64,000 bases of DNA, taken from contig NC_069004.1 in assembly GCF_001194135.2 (NCBI RefSeq), forward strand, positions 27,706,790 through 27,770,789. Reading direction: 5' to 3'. The notes beneath the pieces are model-generated. The model was not told where the DNA came from. It did not search any database and saw nothing but the letters and a program-made list of their open reading frames with translations. Position numbers and translations under genes: made by a program. Below are positions 48,538 to 62,130 of the stretch, one piece after another. Position 1 is the first letter of the stretch. Each line of letters starts with the position of its first letter. Source of the stretch: Octopus bimaculoides (Eukaryota).

Positions 48538-49700
48538 TATTAATAATAATTATGAGCTCATTGTATAAAGTGCTCAGGTGCACTACAACTTATCAGAAAA
48601 GGTTAAAAGAGGGGGCAGAAAGCAGGCGTATAAATTAAGTACTTGTTGGCACTCCGTCGCTTACAACGTCGAGGGTTCCAGTTGATCGAATCAATGGAAA
48701 AGCCTGCTCATGAAGTTAACGTGCAAGTGGCTGAGCACTCCACAGACACGTGTACCCTTACCGTAGTTCTCAGAGATATTCAGCGCGACACAGTGTGACA
48801 AGGCTGACCCTTTCAACTACAGGCACAACAGAAACAGGAAGTAAGAGTGAGAGAAAGTTGTGGTGAAAGAGTACAGCAGGGTTCGCCACCATCCCCTGCC
48901 AGAGCCTCGTGGAGCTTTAGGTGTTTTCGCTCAATAAACACTCACAACGCCCGGTCTGGGAATCGAAACCGCGATCCTATGACCGCGAGTCCGCTGCCCT
49001 AACCACTGGGCCATTGCGCCTCCACTAATTAAGTACAGTAAGACAGCAATGAAAGCTAGATATAGCTGCATGGTACACAGAATAATATGTAAAAAGACAG
49101 AAAAGTAAACATTGAAATAGCCATAAAGAGGAAAGGGTAGATAAGCATATCAGGAGTAGAGTTGGTGAAATTTGGGAAGCATAGAATTTTTGAAGGATGC
49201 AGTGTCCTGACAGTTGACAACTCATGTGGGTAGTTTGTTCCATGCTTTGGCAATTCTGTTTGCGAAAAAAATGTTCCCAAAAGCCATGGGTGATGTGCTG
49301 TGGACATGGGTGCATGTTGACAAGTGGTAGCGGTACTGAATCTAAAAAGGCAGCCAAAGTTATTTCAGAAATACGGTGAATAAACTTACGGGCTTCTACC
49401 AAGTCAGCTGTTATACATTGAAGCTTTAGCATGGTCAATGGCCAGAGAAGCAATGCATTTGAGATATTGCAACTGACAGAAGGTATTCATCTGGTTGTAC
49501 ATCTTTGGACAGCTTCCAATAGGTCGATATTCTGAACTAAATGGGGGTTCCAGACTGCAGATGCAAACTGTAAGTATGGATGTTACATTGTCATATATAG
49601 TGTTGAATAGATAGATGGTCAGTGGCTGACAAAGGTTTCATTGAAGCTATCAATGAGCAGGGCTATATGTGAAAGAAATTTAGAAATGACTATTTGTGTT
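48538..49700 (-). mobile_element. CR1-clade LINE 3' fragment (RT C-terminus, 3' UTR, (ATT)n tail), interrupted by a SINE
   Basis: Minus strand HPYLQFASAVWNPHLVQNIDLLEAVQR...HFFANRIAKAWNKLP..VVNCQDTASFKNS (CR1 motifs RPxLEYAxxVWxP, LExVQR, FFxxRVxxxWNxLP). It ends GTGCACCTGAGCACTTTATACAA...ATTATTATTA. Confidence 0.82.
48643..49026 (-). mobile_element. Young full-length SINE family E with 10-bp TSD
   Basis: AATTAAGTAC at 48633-48642 and 49027-49036. Intact A box (TGGCCCAGTGGTTAGG) and B box (GTTTCGATTCC), many CpGs. Confidence 0.93.
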
Positions 49701-49965
49701 TATTTGTTTTTAAATACACTTTGTGTCAGGCATCATTATCTGTTTTGCCGTGTTCTTTTTTAAAAGTATGAAAAGTTGTGATTTGATGGATTTGACTGCT
49801 ATTTCTAGCAGGCCAAACGATCACGTTGAGGCACTGTTATTTGCTCATCACATTAGACCTTGTAAGGTGTGGAGAGATACTTAACCCTTTCATAAGAATA
49901 TTGCTTCAGTAAAGATAGAGAATATTTCCTTCATCAGCTGCCCCTATGCACACACATATATATAT

Positions 49966-50245
49966 GAGGGTGCATGGCCTAGTGGTTAGAGTGTTGCACT
50001 CTTGATCACTAAATTATGGTTTCAATTCCTAGACTGGGTGGTGCATTGTGTTCTTGAGCAAAACACTTCATCTCATGTTGTTCCACAATCACTTCAACAT
50101 TTGACATGTACACCATGCACCTATTCAGACACTGTCAATTCAATGGAGAGATTGAGCTAATGTACAGCACATACATTTGATCACCATAAACAAATCATTT
50201 GTGCAGGTCCTTTGGCAAAAACTGAACACTCGTACATCATCTCCG
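49966..50245 (+). mobile_element. SINE with family C head/CORE-like domain and an alternative tail
   Basis: GGTGCATGGCCTAGTGGTTAGAG...TGTGTTCTTGAGCAAAACACTT..., then a tail resembling the reverse complement of 53020-53130. Confidence 0.7.
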
Positions 50246-50268
50246 ATAGGAGAATCCATCATATATAT

Positions 50269-50483
50269 ACTCTTTACTCTTTTACTTGTTTCAGTCATTC
50301 GACTGTGGCCATGCTGGAGCACCACCTTTAGTCGAGCAAATCGACCCCAGGACTTATTCTTTGGAAGCCTAGTACTTATTCTATCGGTCATTTTTGCCGA
50401 ACCGCTATGTTACGGGGACGTAAACACACCAGTATTGGTTGTCAAGCGATGTTGGAGGGACAAACACTGACACACAAACATAT

Positions 50484-50520
<37 letters not shown>

Positions 50521-50684
50521 ACGAGCTTCTTTCAGTTTCCGTCTACCAAATCCACTCACAAGGCTTTGGTCGGCCCAAGGCTATAGTAGAAGACACTTGC
50601 CCAAGGTGCCACACAGTGGGACTGAACCCGGAACCATGTGGTTGGTAAGCAAGCTACTTACCACACAGCCACTCCTATGCCTAT
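50269..50684 (-). mobile_element. Young full-length SINE family A
   Basis: Complete tail-to-head copy with CpGs retained (GTCGAGCAAATCGACC, CGGGGACG). Confidence 0.93.
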
Positions 50685-52167
50685 GTTTGTGTGTTTATAA
50701 TATTTACACATGCTAACTCACGTATATGATGTCATGTTTTATTTCTAATATGAACGCTTTAATGTGGATGTTATCTGGTTAAGAGTCACTACTTCACAGT
50801 ATTTTGTACCTCCTTCTTGTGCTGTGTGAATTGACATTTCTTTTCATCCATTCAGTGAATTATATGTGTCCCTTGTTGACATACCACTCTTTCAAAATTG
50901 CACTTGTTTTGTTCAACAACGACCACCACCACAATAACAACAACAACAACAACAATGATGACAGTAACTACATTGTATTAATATCCAGCCGTTAGCTTTT
51001 ATTTCCACACTGCTGCCGACTATGGTCTTTCTTAATTTCTCATCATTTGAATATTAATTTTTATCTTATTTTAAATGCGTACTACACACTCAGGCATGAG
51101 ATGGATAAAAGTAAAAAAAGAAGAGAAAATGGAAAAAGAGATACAATCAACGTGGCTAACTTTCCTTATGCAGACACTAAGTAAACTAACCGAAAATAAA
51201 ACAAAAACCAAAGGAAATAATAATAGCAACAACAAAAGAAAGTTATTAGTATTTAAGAATTAAAGGAAATGGCCATCTAAACACTATAGTATGGAATATA
51301 TAATATTTTCTGCCTCAAAAGATGCAATTTTTTTCTCGACTGATAAGTAGCTCTTAAATTTATATTTTGCCTTATCACTGAAAGGTCAGCTTCTAGGTAA
51401 AAGAATTTTGGTAATCTCTAATGAACACAAGGCATATATCATCATCACCATCATCATTATTATAAACATCTGTTTATCACTCATATAATACTCATGCTTG
51501 TGTAAATATGTGTGTGTGTATGCACACTTGTTTACATGCACACATACATATATATATGTATATGTATATGTATGCATGTAATATATTCATTTATGTGTGT
51601 GTGTATTTATACATGACCCATACAAGCATGGAAATGTGGATGTTAAATGATGATGAGATATACATGTGTGTGTCTGTCTGTCTGTCTACTGTCCGTCTAT
51701 ACTCTCTCACTTTCATACACACACACATATATACATACATATATATATATATATCCATACATACACACAAACATCCATATGCGTGTTTATCTGTCTGTAC
51801 ATATGTATGATTCTATGTGGAAAGCATATATATGAAGCTCTTAAAACTTCCTCTATACTTATAAGCGATGATTATTTAAGCTCATGCACACACATACACA
51901 CACACACAAGAATTGTCATGAATTATTTGGTTACAACAGACTAATAGAATTCTGATGCTTGATGTTGTTGTTGTTGTCAAAGTATACACATGCATGAATA
52001 GATGCACAACGGAACTTAGTGTATCATGTATCAAGTTAGTGATGGACTACAAGTTTTTCATACATATGTCAGTGTGTATATGTGTTTATAGTTGTTTCCA
52101 CACACACAATGTGGAGGCCAAAGAACTTCCTAGTCTTCTCTTTATTGAGATCACGACAGCTTTTGTA

Positions 52168-52560
52168 GTGTTGGTGTCATGATAAAATGTCTCGCATATA
52201 ATGTGGTGCCAAGAGGACTCCATAGTCCAGACAGTCTTCCCAGTGCTGGTGCCATGATAAAATGTCTCGCATATAATGTGGTGTCAAGAGGACTCCATAG
52301 TCCAGACAGTCTTCCCAGTGCTGGTGCCATGATAAAATGTCTCGCATATAATGTGGTGTCAAGAGGACTCCATAGTCCAGACAGTCTTCCCAGNNNNNNN
52401 NNNNNNNNNNNNNNNNNNNNNNNNNNNNNCCAAGAGGACTCCATAGTCCAGACAGTCTTCCCAGTGCTGGTGCCATGATAAAATGTCTCGCATATAATGT
52501 GGTGTCAAGAGGACTCCATAGTCCAGACAGTCTTCCCAGTGTTGGTGCCATGATAAAATG
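52168..52560 (+). repeat. 75-bp minisatellite, at least 5 units, spanning a gap
   Basis: Unit GTGCTGGTGCCATGATAAAATGTCTCGCATATAATGTGGTGTCAAGAGGACTCCATAGTCCAGACAGTCTTCCCA starts at 52168, 52243, 52318, 52393, 52464 and 52539 (partial). Confidence 0.95.
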
Positions 52561-53019
52561 CTTCCAGTGCTTTCTGTTAGGGAGGACAACTAACACTAGA
52601 AACCATGCTAAACAAAATGTGGGAGCAAGTTGTGTTCTCTTGACCTGAATAGGAGAGAATAGTAACCCCCAATAAGAACTAAGATTATCACAGCTTATTC
52701 TTTGAATGCAAAACGTTGATGATGATGATATTTGATACTCTGAGTATATTGTGTCATCATGCAGCACAAATCATGACAAATGAAAGGTCAAGGTCCTATA
52801 TAATTTCATTATCAAGCCCTCACCTTTTTTAGTAATTTCCATAAACATTTAACACAAGAGGTTCCAGCCTACCAACATATCTAAAATGAGGTACATACTG
52901 GATGGATTGTTATAAGAAAATCATCAAGCATAGCTGTGCGGTAAGAAGTTTGCTTCTCAACCACATGGTTCTGAGATCAATTCCACTACATGGCACCTTG
53001 GGCAAATGTCTTTTACTGT

Positions 53020-53245
53020 TTATAGTGATCAAGTGTTTGTGTGCACATAAGCTCACTCCCTCCATCAGATCGACATTACCTGTACAGGTGCAATGGGTGC
53101 CACATGACATGTTGAAATGACTGTAGAGCAGCATGAAATGAAGTGCTTTGCTCAAGAACACAATGCAATGCCCAGTCTGGGAATCGAACTCACGATCTCA
53201 CAATCATGAGTGCAACGCCTTAACCACTAAGCCATGCGCCTTCAC
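53020..53245 (-). mobile_element. SINE with family C head and alternative tail
   Basis: GCTCAAGAACACAATGCAATGCCCAGTCTGGGAATCGAACTC...CCACTAAGCCATGCGCCTTCAC. Confidence 0.82.
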
Positions 53246-54524
53246 ATATCATATCTCTCATCGTGTGTCTTTTTCTGTTTCTGTGTGTGTGTGTGTGTTT
53301 GGTGATGCAAATAGAAAAATAAAACTCAAAACGAGCATAAATTCATTTTTTATTTATAGTTGGCACAAGTTAGAGAGTGACTCAAGGGTCAAAAGTTTCA
53401 TGTGTTGCCACTTATATATATATGTGTGTGTGTGTATATACTAACTTTGCCTGTGTCCAACTTCGATTAAAACAAATGCACCCCACAGTGTATATATTCA
53501 AAAGGAGTTTTAATTAAAACTTTATTGCAAGTTTAATGCACTTGTTACTTTCTTCTGCCTTGTTCTGAAGTTACTCTTCCTTTTTCCCCACTTCACACAC
53601 TTTGAGAACTCTTCCCATAAATCCTTTAGCTGTCAATGGCTCATATCTGTGTTTCTGTTAACTCAGTTAGCTACAACTGATCATTGCAGAATTTGCAAAT
53701 ATCTGACAAAAAAGTTAATAACCCTCATGCCCTCATGTCATCATTATGCCAACCTTACCTCAATAACCAGAATAATAATCACAATATAATGTATATTGTT
53801 GAATATGGCATATTTTTATATACATTTTACAGTTTAGCGAGATAATTCTGGCAAATATGATGCTTTGTGTGTTTTAATTTAAATAAAATTAGCATAATTT
53901 TCAAATTCATTACAGAGAAATCAAGAATGAACAAAAGAAAAACCAAAAACTAACAATAAGTTATACAGATTAGTTCCTTAAAATGTTGCAGATTTTTGAA
54001 AAAAATTGATAAATAAATATATAAGGAATCATTATTATGATGATGAGGATGCAACACAAATAAATATTCAAGCACATGATTTCGGTTGAAAATATAGAAA
54101 AGAAAGCAAAATTATAAAAACACCAAAAGTGTAGAAATTTCTAGTGTATCTGCATTATAGCTCAGGAAACAATTTGGTTCACCTACTACACTTCTGTCTG
54201 TGTTAATATGCTGCATTAAAATCAGTTTGGAGATGTCTGAAAGAGGCTGAAGATTTTGAAATTGTCTGTCTCTCAATAACATGTTGTCATGAATACAATT
54301 GTTGTCGTATTAAATTCGCTGTATGATAGATTGACCGTTATCAGTATTTCGAAGCTAAGACATAGCCAAAATGTATATTTTCCAGTTTTGTTACCGCATC
54401 TAAAATGGAAGTTATTATTTGATTATGCATAAAGTTAATTATATATAAATGTGAACAGACAAGGTTTACAGCAGTTTTCTAACTTAAGGCAGAAGTTGTA
54501 TGTATTCCTAAAAGTTTTCTACTG

Positions 54525-54559
<35 letters not shown>

Positions 54560-54664
54560 ATATATATATATATATTTATATTTATTCATGCACATCTATG
54601 ATATATATAAATGTATACACTATATATTTGTGTGTGTGTGTGTGTATATGTATATATATATATA

Positions 54665-54848
54665 ATCATCATCATCGTTTAACGTCCGCTTTCCATGCTA
54701 GCATGGGTTGACGATTTGACTGAGGACTGGCGAACTAGATGGCTGCACCAGGCTCCAATCTGATTTGGCAGAGTTTCTACAGCTGGATGCCCTTCCTAAT
54801 GCCAACCACTCCAAAAGTGTAGTGAGTGCTTTTACGTGCCACCGGCAC
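54665..54848 (-). mobile_element. RTE-type 3' UTR copy
   Basis: Near-identical to 39317-39506. Confidence 0.9.
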
Positions 54849-56520
54849 GATATATATTACATCTGCACGGAAATAATGTATTTATTAGTACTGTTAGTAT
54901 TGCAATAATTTTACTGGTGATTGTTATTACTGGAATGTTCTTGTCTGGTTTTCCTCATCCTTTGTCACTGGTGCTCAACCATTTCAATACCAACCCTTCT
55001 CGTTCAAATTCTAGCTCTAATTTATAAAATCTTGAGTTTTAAAGTTTTTATATTTAGTTAAATGAAAAACTATTTCACCATACGTTTTATGGATAACACT
55101 TTCTTGTTCGATAAAGTATCTTAACGAAAAAGTTTATTCCATTAAATCCTTCCAAATTATTGATTATTTGCAAAATTAATTAAAGCATGCAGGTAGTATA
55201 TTTCGTTAGTAATATCTTTTATCTTTTACTTGTTTCACTCATTGCACTGTGGCCATGCTGGGGTATTTCATTGATGGGTTTAGTGAAACAAATCGATCCC
55301 AGTACTTTTTTTTTAAGCTTGGTACTTATTCTATCAGCCTTTTTTGCTGAATTGCTAAGTTACGGGGACATAAACAAATCAATATTGGTTGTCATATGCT
55401 AGTAGGAGGAACAAACAAACAAGAACACACACGTATATATATACACACACCTCAAGTTTGTCTGCCCTTGGGCATCTCCTATGCATATGAACCTTCTCCA
55501 GCAATTTCTAGCCTTGTCTTCATTGAATGGTATAACTTCCTCTGCCTAATATCATTGAACTCCCACCTCTTGGTCTAGAGTGTGTCATTATATATATATA
55601 TACATATATATATACACACGCACACACACACATATATATCTGATGGACTTCCACACAGTTTTTGTCTCCTGAATTCACTCACAAGGCAGCTATAGCAGAA
55701 GTCACTTTCCTAAGATGCCGCACAGTGGGACTGAATCCAAAGTGCCATGGTTGGAAAGTGAGCTACTTAACCACACAGCCAGGTTTAAATTTCAAGATTT
55801 TTGATGCCAGATTTCTTTCAGCAAACAGGACACAGTTTGACTGTGGCATCTTGTATTAGGCTGCACTTTGTGTGTCTGTGTGTGTGTAATTTTGTATTAT
55901 TCTTTGCTACTAACATAACTTCTGTTTCTAATCTAGGTTGTTGTTGTTGCTGCTGCTTTTTTTTCTTTTATTTTTGATGGTATTCTCCAGGAGACAGCTG
56001 TGCAATCAACTAATGTATTTTTTTTGTATCTGGCTCTGTTTTCTCTTGTATAATATAATCTGTTGCTATATTTCCTTGTTGTAGTAGATACCTACATGGT
56101 CAGCCAGCAAGTGTGGTGCTTTCTATATCCAATGCCACTATTAGACTTATAAAGTCTTCAACTTTCTCATATTTATATCTGAGTTTGTAAATTACATTAG
56201 TCTCCCAACGTTTATTCAGCAGCTTACAGGCATTCTCTTGTTTATTAGTATTGTTGTTAATTATGTTACAAAAGACTGCAAACTTGGATAGAAAAAAAAA
56301 AAAAAGAAAAGAAAAAAGACATTATTTGATAACATAACTGTTTTATTTAGAATATCCACCCCACCTCCAAATAAACTAGGAAAATTGTGGGGGCAGCTGC
56401 ATTAGCAGCAGAATATAATGCACAACTCAGCATAAAGATAAGATATTGCATTGTGTTATAAACATATGGAGCTATGACTAATCCGTCTACTGAAACTTTC
56501 ACATCAGTAGTGGCTTATGA

Positions 56521-56796
56521 CAGGGGTTTTCAAACTTCTTGACTTGTGGACCCCTTTATATTTCAGGCTTTACCTTAGGGACCCCCTTATAAACGCTTAT
56601 GAAATTTACACATAAATATTTGCTTAAAAAAACATATATTTTTACATTTATTTTTTTAACAGTATTTAACAAATAGGTTTATTGTCAATTAAAAGATTTC
56701 GATTAAAAAAACATACATAAAATCAAATTGCCCATAAAAAGTATTTGCTGTCCACGGACCCCCTGTGGTCCGGGGACCACAGTTTGAAGACTCCTG
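56521..56796. mobile_element. hAT (Charlie-like) MITE, 276 bp, with 8-bp TSD
   Basis: TIRs CAGGGGTTTTCAAACT / AGTTTGAAGACTCCTG (14/16). TSD GCTTATGA (56513-56520) and GCTTTTGA (56797-56804), 7/8 identical. Confidence 0.9.
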
Positions 56797-57100
56797 GCTT
56801 TTGACACAGTCCATCGTAAGTGATGACAGTGTCGATCCAAGACATTCACCCGCCACCACCTTTAGCACATTGTTTCTCATGGGAGTGGACATACCTGACC
56901 AGACTGATACAAGATCCTGTGGCACTGAGGGCACTGAAAGTGACCCTGAACATGGCAGCTGCCACAGGTTGATGATGATGTCTCCTCTTCTCCTCATGCA
57001 GTCTTCTGTGTTCAGTTTCAAAGCACTCTCTTCCAACATCACACACGGGCCTCCATGCCTTCCAATTAACAGCCAGGGGCTCCAACTGATTGAGAGGTGA
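56797..57100 (-). mobile_element. RTE-BovB-like LINE 3' fragment
   Basis: Minus strand LEPLAVNWKAWRPVCDVGRECFETEHRRLHEEKRR, then after a frameshift FQCPQCHRI...HSHEK (WExLAxDRxxWR...FE...CxxC zinc-knuckle C-terminus), and a 3' UTR with ACGATGGACTG. Confidence 0.75.
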
Positions 57101-58965
57101 CACTGCATAAAATGAGAAACTATTTGAATTGATCGTAGTTAGAAAAATGTATAAATGAACAATTGTTTCAGATTTTAGCACAAGACCAATTTTTAAGGAA
57201 AGGAATAAGTCAATTACATTGATCCCAGTACACGAGTAATACTTTATTTTATTGATCCCAAAAGGATAAATGGCAAAATTGACTTTGGTGGGATGTGAAG
57301 AATCAGAAGAAATGCTGCCAATCAATTTTCCAGCACACTAACAATTCTGTCATTTCATGAGAAACAGACAGAATTTCATTCCCACGATTCTTGTTTACAA
57401 TACAAATAATAATGACGACGAAAATTTCCTGATTCCTCCACTTCCCTGATTCCCTCATCCATCAATCCTTACAGAAATACAATGGAAATATGAAAACTTC
57501 TTAATTGGAAGAGGGTTCTCTTGAAAAACATGTTAAAATGAAAAGCTATGTGTGAACATGTAAAGGCAAAATTATGAAGCAGATAACCCCTAGAAATAGG
57601 TTGGGTGTTGACATCACTGAATATCTCTGCCAAGTATTCAATTCTTTTACCTATTTCAGTCATGTTGACTGTGGTCATGCTGGAGCACCCCCTTACAAAT
57701 GCCAACGGCTTAACAGACTATACTGGATGCCTTTATTGTGGCACCAGCATCCAGTGAAGTGAGCTTGTGTTCGCTTACCCACTCAACTGAGCAGGGGGAT
57801 AGAAGATAGGGTGGTTGCTAGAGTGATGCCCCCAAAAAAGAGGAAAGTTTGGTAGAGATGGGGTGCCAGAGCGTACACGCATGGTAACATATCCAAAAAG
57901 GTGAATAGACGAGAGCATGGGTACAGGAAGAATCAGGAAAAGTAAGGTTGCAAGAGTGTGAGAGTAGGCATAAGGGTGGTGGAGGTTAGATGTTTATAGA
58001 GGATGAATGTAATGCAAGGGGAACTGGGAAGAGGGGGGTAATTATCAGTGTGGTGTATGATGATGAGAATGAAGATTGGATGCCAACAGAGAGGTACCAC
58101 AGGGGAGAAGGAATAGTGACTGGCTGTAAAGATGGTTTTATGGTGAACGTCAACTATTGTGCACATTAACATTGCACATCCAGTGAAGCAGGTTTGCCCT
58201 ATTTCCCCGGATTATTATTATTTCTTTTTTCATTTTGTCTCATTACCATGTAGCATTACAGTTCGTACACAAGCATCATGCTTTTCCCTCTGAGAGAAAA
58301 ACCTTTCATTGGCAACAGTGGTTCCAGCTCCCTGAACTTCCTCCACCCTGATTTTAGTCTGGCTACTTTTCTTTGAAAACATCATCTACCACTGCTTAAT
58401 AAGGTTACCTAGATAACAAAAAAGGTATCTACTACTTCTAGAGATCCTTTTGCATGTTTGAGAGTATTTATTTCCCATGCACACGTAGCGTTTACTGCTC
58501 CTGCACGTACATGTACATATGTATATATGTCAGTATGGTAAGCAGACATAAAATGATGATGATGATACACACACATGCTCACACATCCATCAATCTATCT
58601 ACTCATGTATGTATATAATGAATGTAATGTATGTATGTATGTATGAACAAGAGAGTGAAAAAGGAGAGGGGTAAAAGACCATTATCTTAGTTTAAGAAAA
58701 TCTTTAATGTGATTTTCAAGAAATTTGTTGAAGAAAATCAAACAGAATCTGTAAATCTTATATGTAGATATCTCTCTTGTACATCCACTTTTAAATAAAT
58801 GGGTTTCTTTTTTTTTTTCCATATAAGTTTAAATAGATGGTATTCTGCCTTCAAGTCTAAATGGATGGTCTTTATCTTCTAGCTTTCAGTTATATGGTCT
58901 TCAGAATCCAAGTGAACATTTTGAATTTAAATTACCATTTTCATTGTTTCCAATAACATTTGCTT

Positions 58966-59007
<42 letters not shown>

Positions 59008-59689
59008 ACCACTCCTCTGTTTTTATACAAATTTATGATGGCGATAAGAATGATTTACTTAGCAAATTTCTACATACACTGGAATAAATGCTATGTGAAT
59101 ATACAATGACTAGCTGCCATAAATGTAAATTTAAGTGAAGTTTGGAGGCTGGAAGTGTTTGATACTTGTCTGTTTACTTCTACAATTTTGCTTCATGCAC
59201 ACATCTACGTCTGTGTAAGTGTGAACCTGCATATGTATAATCCAAATGAAATAAATGTCATTCAGAAACCTGATATAGCTTTCTACATAGTTTGTTTTTA
59301 CTTATGAAACCTGACAGTCTTCTTCATCTGTGTGTGTGTGAGAGAGAGAGAGAGATAGACAGACAGACTCAGAGAGAGAGAGAGAGCTACTGGTGTTTTT
59401 TTTTAAAGTATAAATAGCATTTCGCTTTCCCATTGTCTGGTCTTGGAATGGTTCATTGCTGTGACTGATAGCAACTAATCAAAAGTTACTACCTATTATA
59501 AAGTCTTGTTTGACATTAGAAAACCAATGATAACACTGTAAATCCTATTTGAAAGGATATCTGAGTGCAAAGTAATCTGCTAAGCTGTGAAATATTTTCT
59601 TCTTTCCGTATTCTTTTTCCATTGATGCAGTCGACTGTTTCTAGATGAAGGAATAAAAATTCTTGCAATGTACTTTGTTGTTGAAAACT

Positions 59690-60095
59690 TATCCATTTTG
59701 CAAGTGGCAGAATCGTTAGCTCATTGGCAAAATTGCTTCGTAGCATTTCTTCCAATCCTGCTGAGGTCATCTTTGCCTTTTTTGAAAGGGTGTGTGATGA
59801 AATAAATACCAGTTCAGTACTGGGGATGATGTAATTGACTTGTCTCCTACCCCTAAATTTGCTGGCCTTGTGCCAAAAGTTGAAACTATTAGGTGGTGGG
59901 TTGGCAGAGTCATTAACTTATTGGGGGAAATTCTTTATGGCATTTCTTTCAGCTCTTTACATTCTGAAGTTAACTTTGCCTTTCATCCTTTCAGGGTTGA
60001 TTAAATAAAGTTTCTGTCAAGTACTGGGGCTGTTGGTGTCCTCTAACTCTTTTCTCACAAAATTGCTGGACATCAATCAAAAGCAATTATTATTA

Positions 60096-60146
<51 letters not shown>

Positions 60147-60429
60147 TTCGAGTTGCGCTTTTTGTCATTAAGTTGGCCATAGTGATGGATTATGTCAGCT
60201 ATGTTTACCTTAGTGATGGATTGTGTCAATTGTATACAAAAGTAAAGAACTCTTCTCTCTATCTAATTATTATTATTGTTATTATTATTATTATTATTAT
60301 TAATATTATTATTATTGTGGTGGTGGTGGTGAGCTGGCAGAATCATTAGCACACTGGGTGAAATGCATTCCCTCCCCCAAATTTTCAGGCCTTATGCTTT
60401 TAGTAGAAAGGATTATTATTATTATTATT
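59690..60429 (+). mobile_element. Cluster of family B SINEs joined by (ATT)n tracts
   Basis: Copies at about 59690-59890, 59893-60085 and 60320-60420, with long (ATT)n at about 60085-60145 and 60265-60315. Confidence 0.78.
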
Positions 60430-60919
60430 CAGTGGTGTGCACAATTGCATTACATTTGGAATCAATGTTCTTGATACCAGGTCATAACTAGTTTCCTTAG
60501 ATTTTGGGGACTTTTTGAATAATCTTTGCTGTTCCTATCATCATATTCATCATCATTTAATGTCTGTTTTTCCATACTGGCATGAGTTGGACAATTCGAC
60601 AGGAGCTGGCAGGGTAAGGAGTCACACCAAGTTCCATTGCCTGTTCTGGCACGATTTCTACAGCTGGATACCCTTCCTGTCTCCTACCATGTTACAGAGT
60701 GTACTAGGTGCTTTTTGTGTGGCACCAGCACCAAAGACATATTTCTGTATTGATGTATTTCTCATAGTTACTTCGATCTCATTAAGGAAACTACCAAGTC
60801 TGTTAGTAACGGTACCTAGAGCACCTACAATTACTGGAATTACTGTTGCAGAAAGTTTCCACAGTCTTTGAATTTCCCTCACTAAGTCTTGATATTGTCT
60901 TTATTTTTCTCCCTGTTCT
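60430..60919 (-). mobile_element. Second R4/Dong-clade 3' fragment, split by an RTE-tail insertion (about 60541-60732)
   Basis: Minus strand QYQDLVREIQRLWKLSATVIPVIVGALGTV...IQKYV[insert]IGTAKIIQKVPKI*, then a 3' UTR running into (AAT)n. Confidence 0.8.
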
Positions 60920-61792
60920 TTGAACACTACATTCAACATCATTATCATCATCATCATCATTTAGCATCTGCTTTCCATGCTGGCATAGGTTCGGTGGTTT
61001 GACTGCAGCTGGTAAGCCAGAGAACTTCACCAAATTCCAGTCTGATTTGACATGTTAGCTGAAATCCATATCTATGAAGATGCACCACCATGATGGTAAC
61101 CACCACCACCACCACTATCATCACCATTACTACCACTTTGTAAGATAGGCTCGTTAAATTTATACATTACGCAAGAGCAGTTCTGCCTGTCTTTCCTCGT
61201 GTCTGCCATTAATAACATCACTCTAGGGGTTTAACTGTTATAAACTATGCAGAATCAATGATAGGACATGTCAGTGTGAAACACCTGTGTGAAACATTTT
61301 CAAAATCCAGACAAAATACACTGCCATGGGGGGGAAAAAAATAAAAGATTTTCTTCAATTACCTTATTGACTATCTGAGTTTCTTATCACAGGCTGTGTA
61401 GTTTAACAGCTGGTACACAAATGACCTTCATGTTTTAAGATAATGTTGCTTGAAAGTTAGCAATGGCTTGAGTTTCAATTTTGCTAAATGAGGGTGAAAC
61501 ACAAGACATTTTATCTCACTGAAGGGATTGTAGGTACATCGTAAAACAGCCTGATTGAATAAAATCAACATTAGTGTCTGAAGAAATTTTCTTTTATTTA
61601 CTTTAGAATCGAGTTTCAATGTGGTAAATGGTAAATACACACAAACACACAGGGACGTTTATATATATATATAAATGCAGTGAAAATTAACTGAATAAAT
61701 GACCTATTGCAGGTAGAGTGAGATACTTTTGATAATTTTATTGACATTGACTCTGAAGTTTCACTGGTCATCAGCATTAATAGTATGTGTGT

Positions 61793-62130
61793 ATCATCAC
61801 CATTGTTTAATGTCTGCTTTCCATGCTAGCATGGGTTGGACGATTTGACTGAGGACTGGCAAGCCAGAATGCTGCACCAGGCTCCAATCTGATCTGGCAG
61901 AGTTTCTACTGCTGGATGCCCTTCCTAATGCCAACCACTCTGAGAGTGTAATGGGTGCTTTTACGTGCCACCGGCATGAGGGCCAGTCACACGGTACTGG
62001 CAACGGCCACACTCAAAAAGGTGTTTTTTATGTGCCACCTGCACGGGAGCCAGTCCAGCGGCACTGGCAATGACCTTGCTTGAATGATTTTCTAACGTGC
62101 CACCAGCACAAGTGCTAGAAGGCAACGCTG
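61793..62130 (-). mobile_element. RTE-type 3' UTR copy with about 65-bp internal repeats
   Basis: GTGCCACC recurs at 61965, 62032 and 62097 within related subunits. Confidence 0.88.

Noticed and set aside
48930-49026. Apparent tRNA gene (also 7390-7460, 41410-41486 and 53170-53245)
   Set aside because: These are A/B-box SINE heads continuing into SINE bodies; the 48643 copy has a TSD.
52168-52560. CRISPR-like array or repeat-protein CDS
   Set aside because: The units are contiguous and near-identical with no unique spacers, no cas genes are present, and the ORFs arise only because a stop-poor 75-mer repeats.
57770-58170. Purine-rich segment that may be a LINE fragment
   Set aside because: I could not find a diagnostic motif in any frame.
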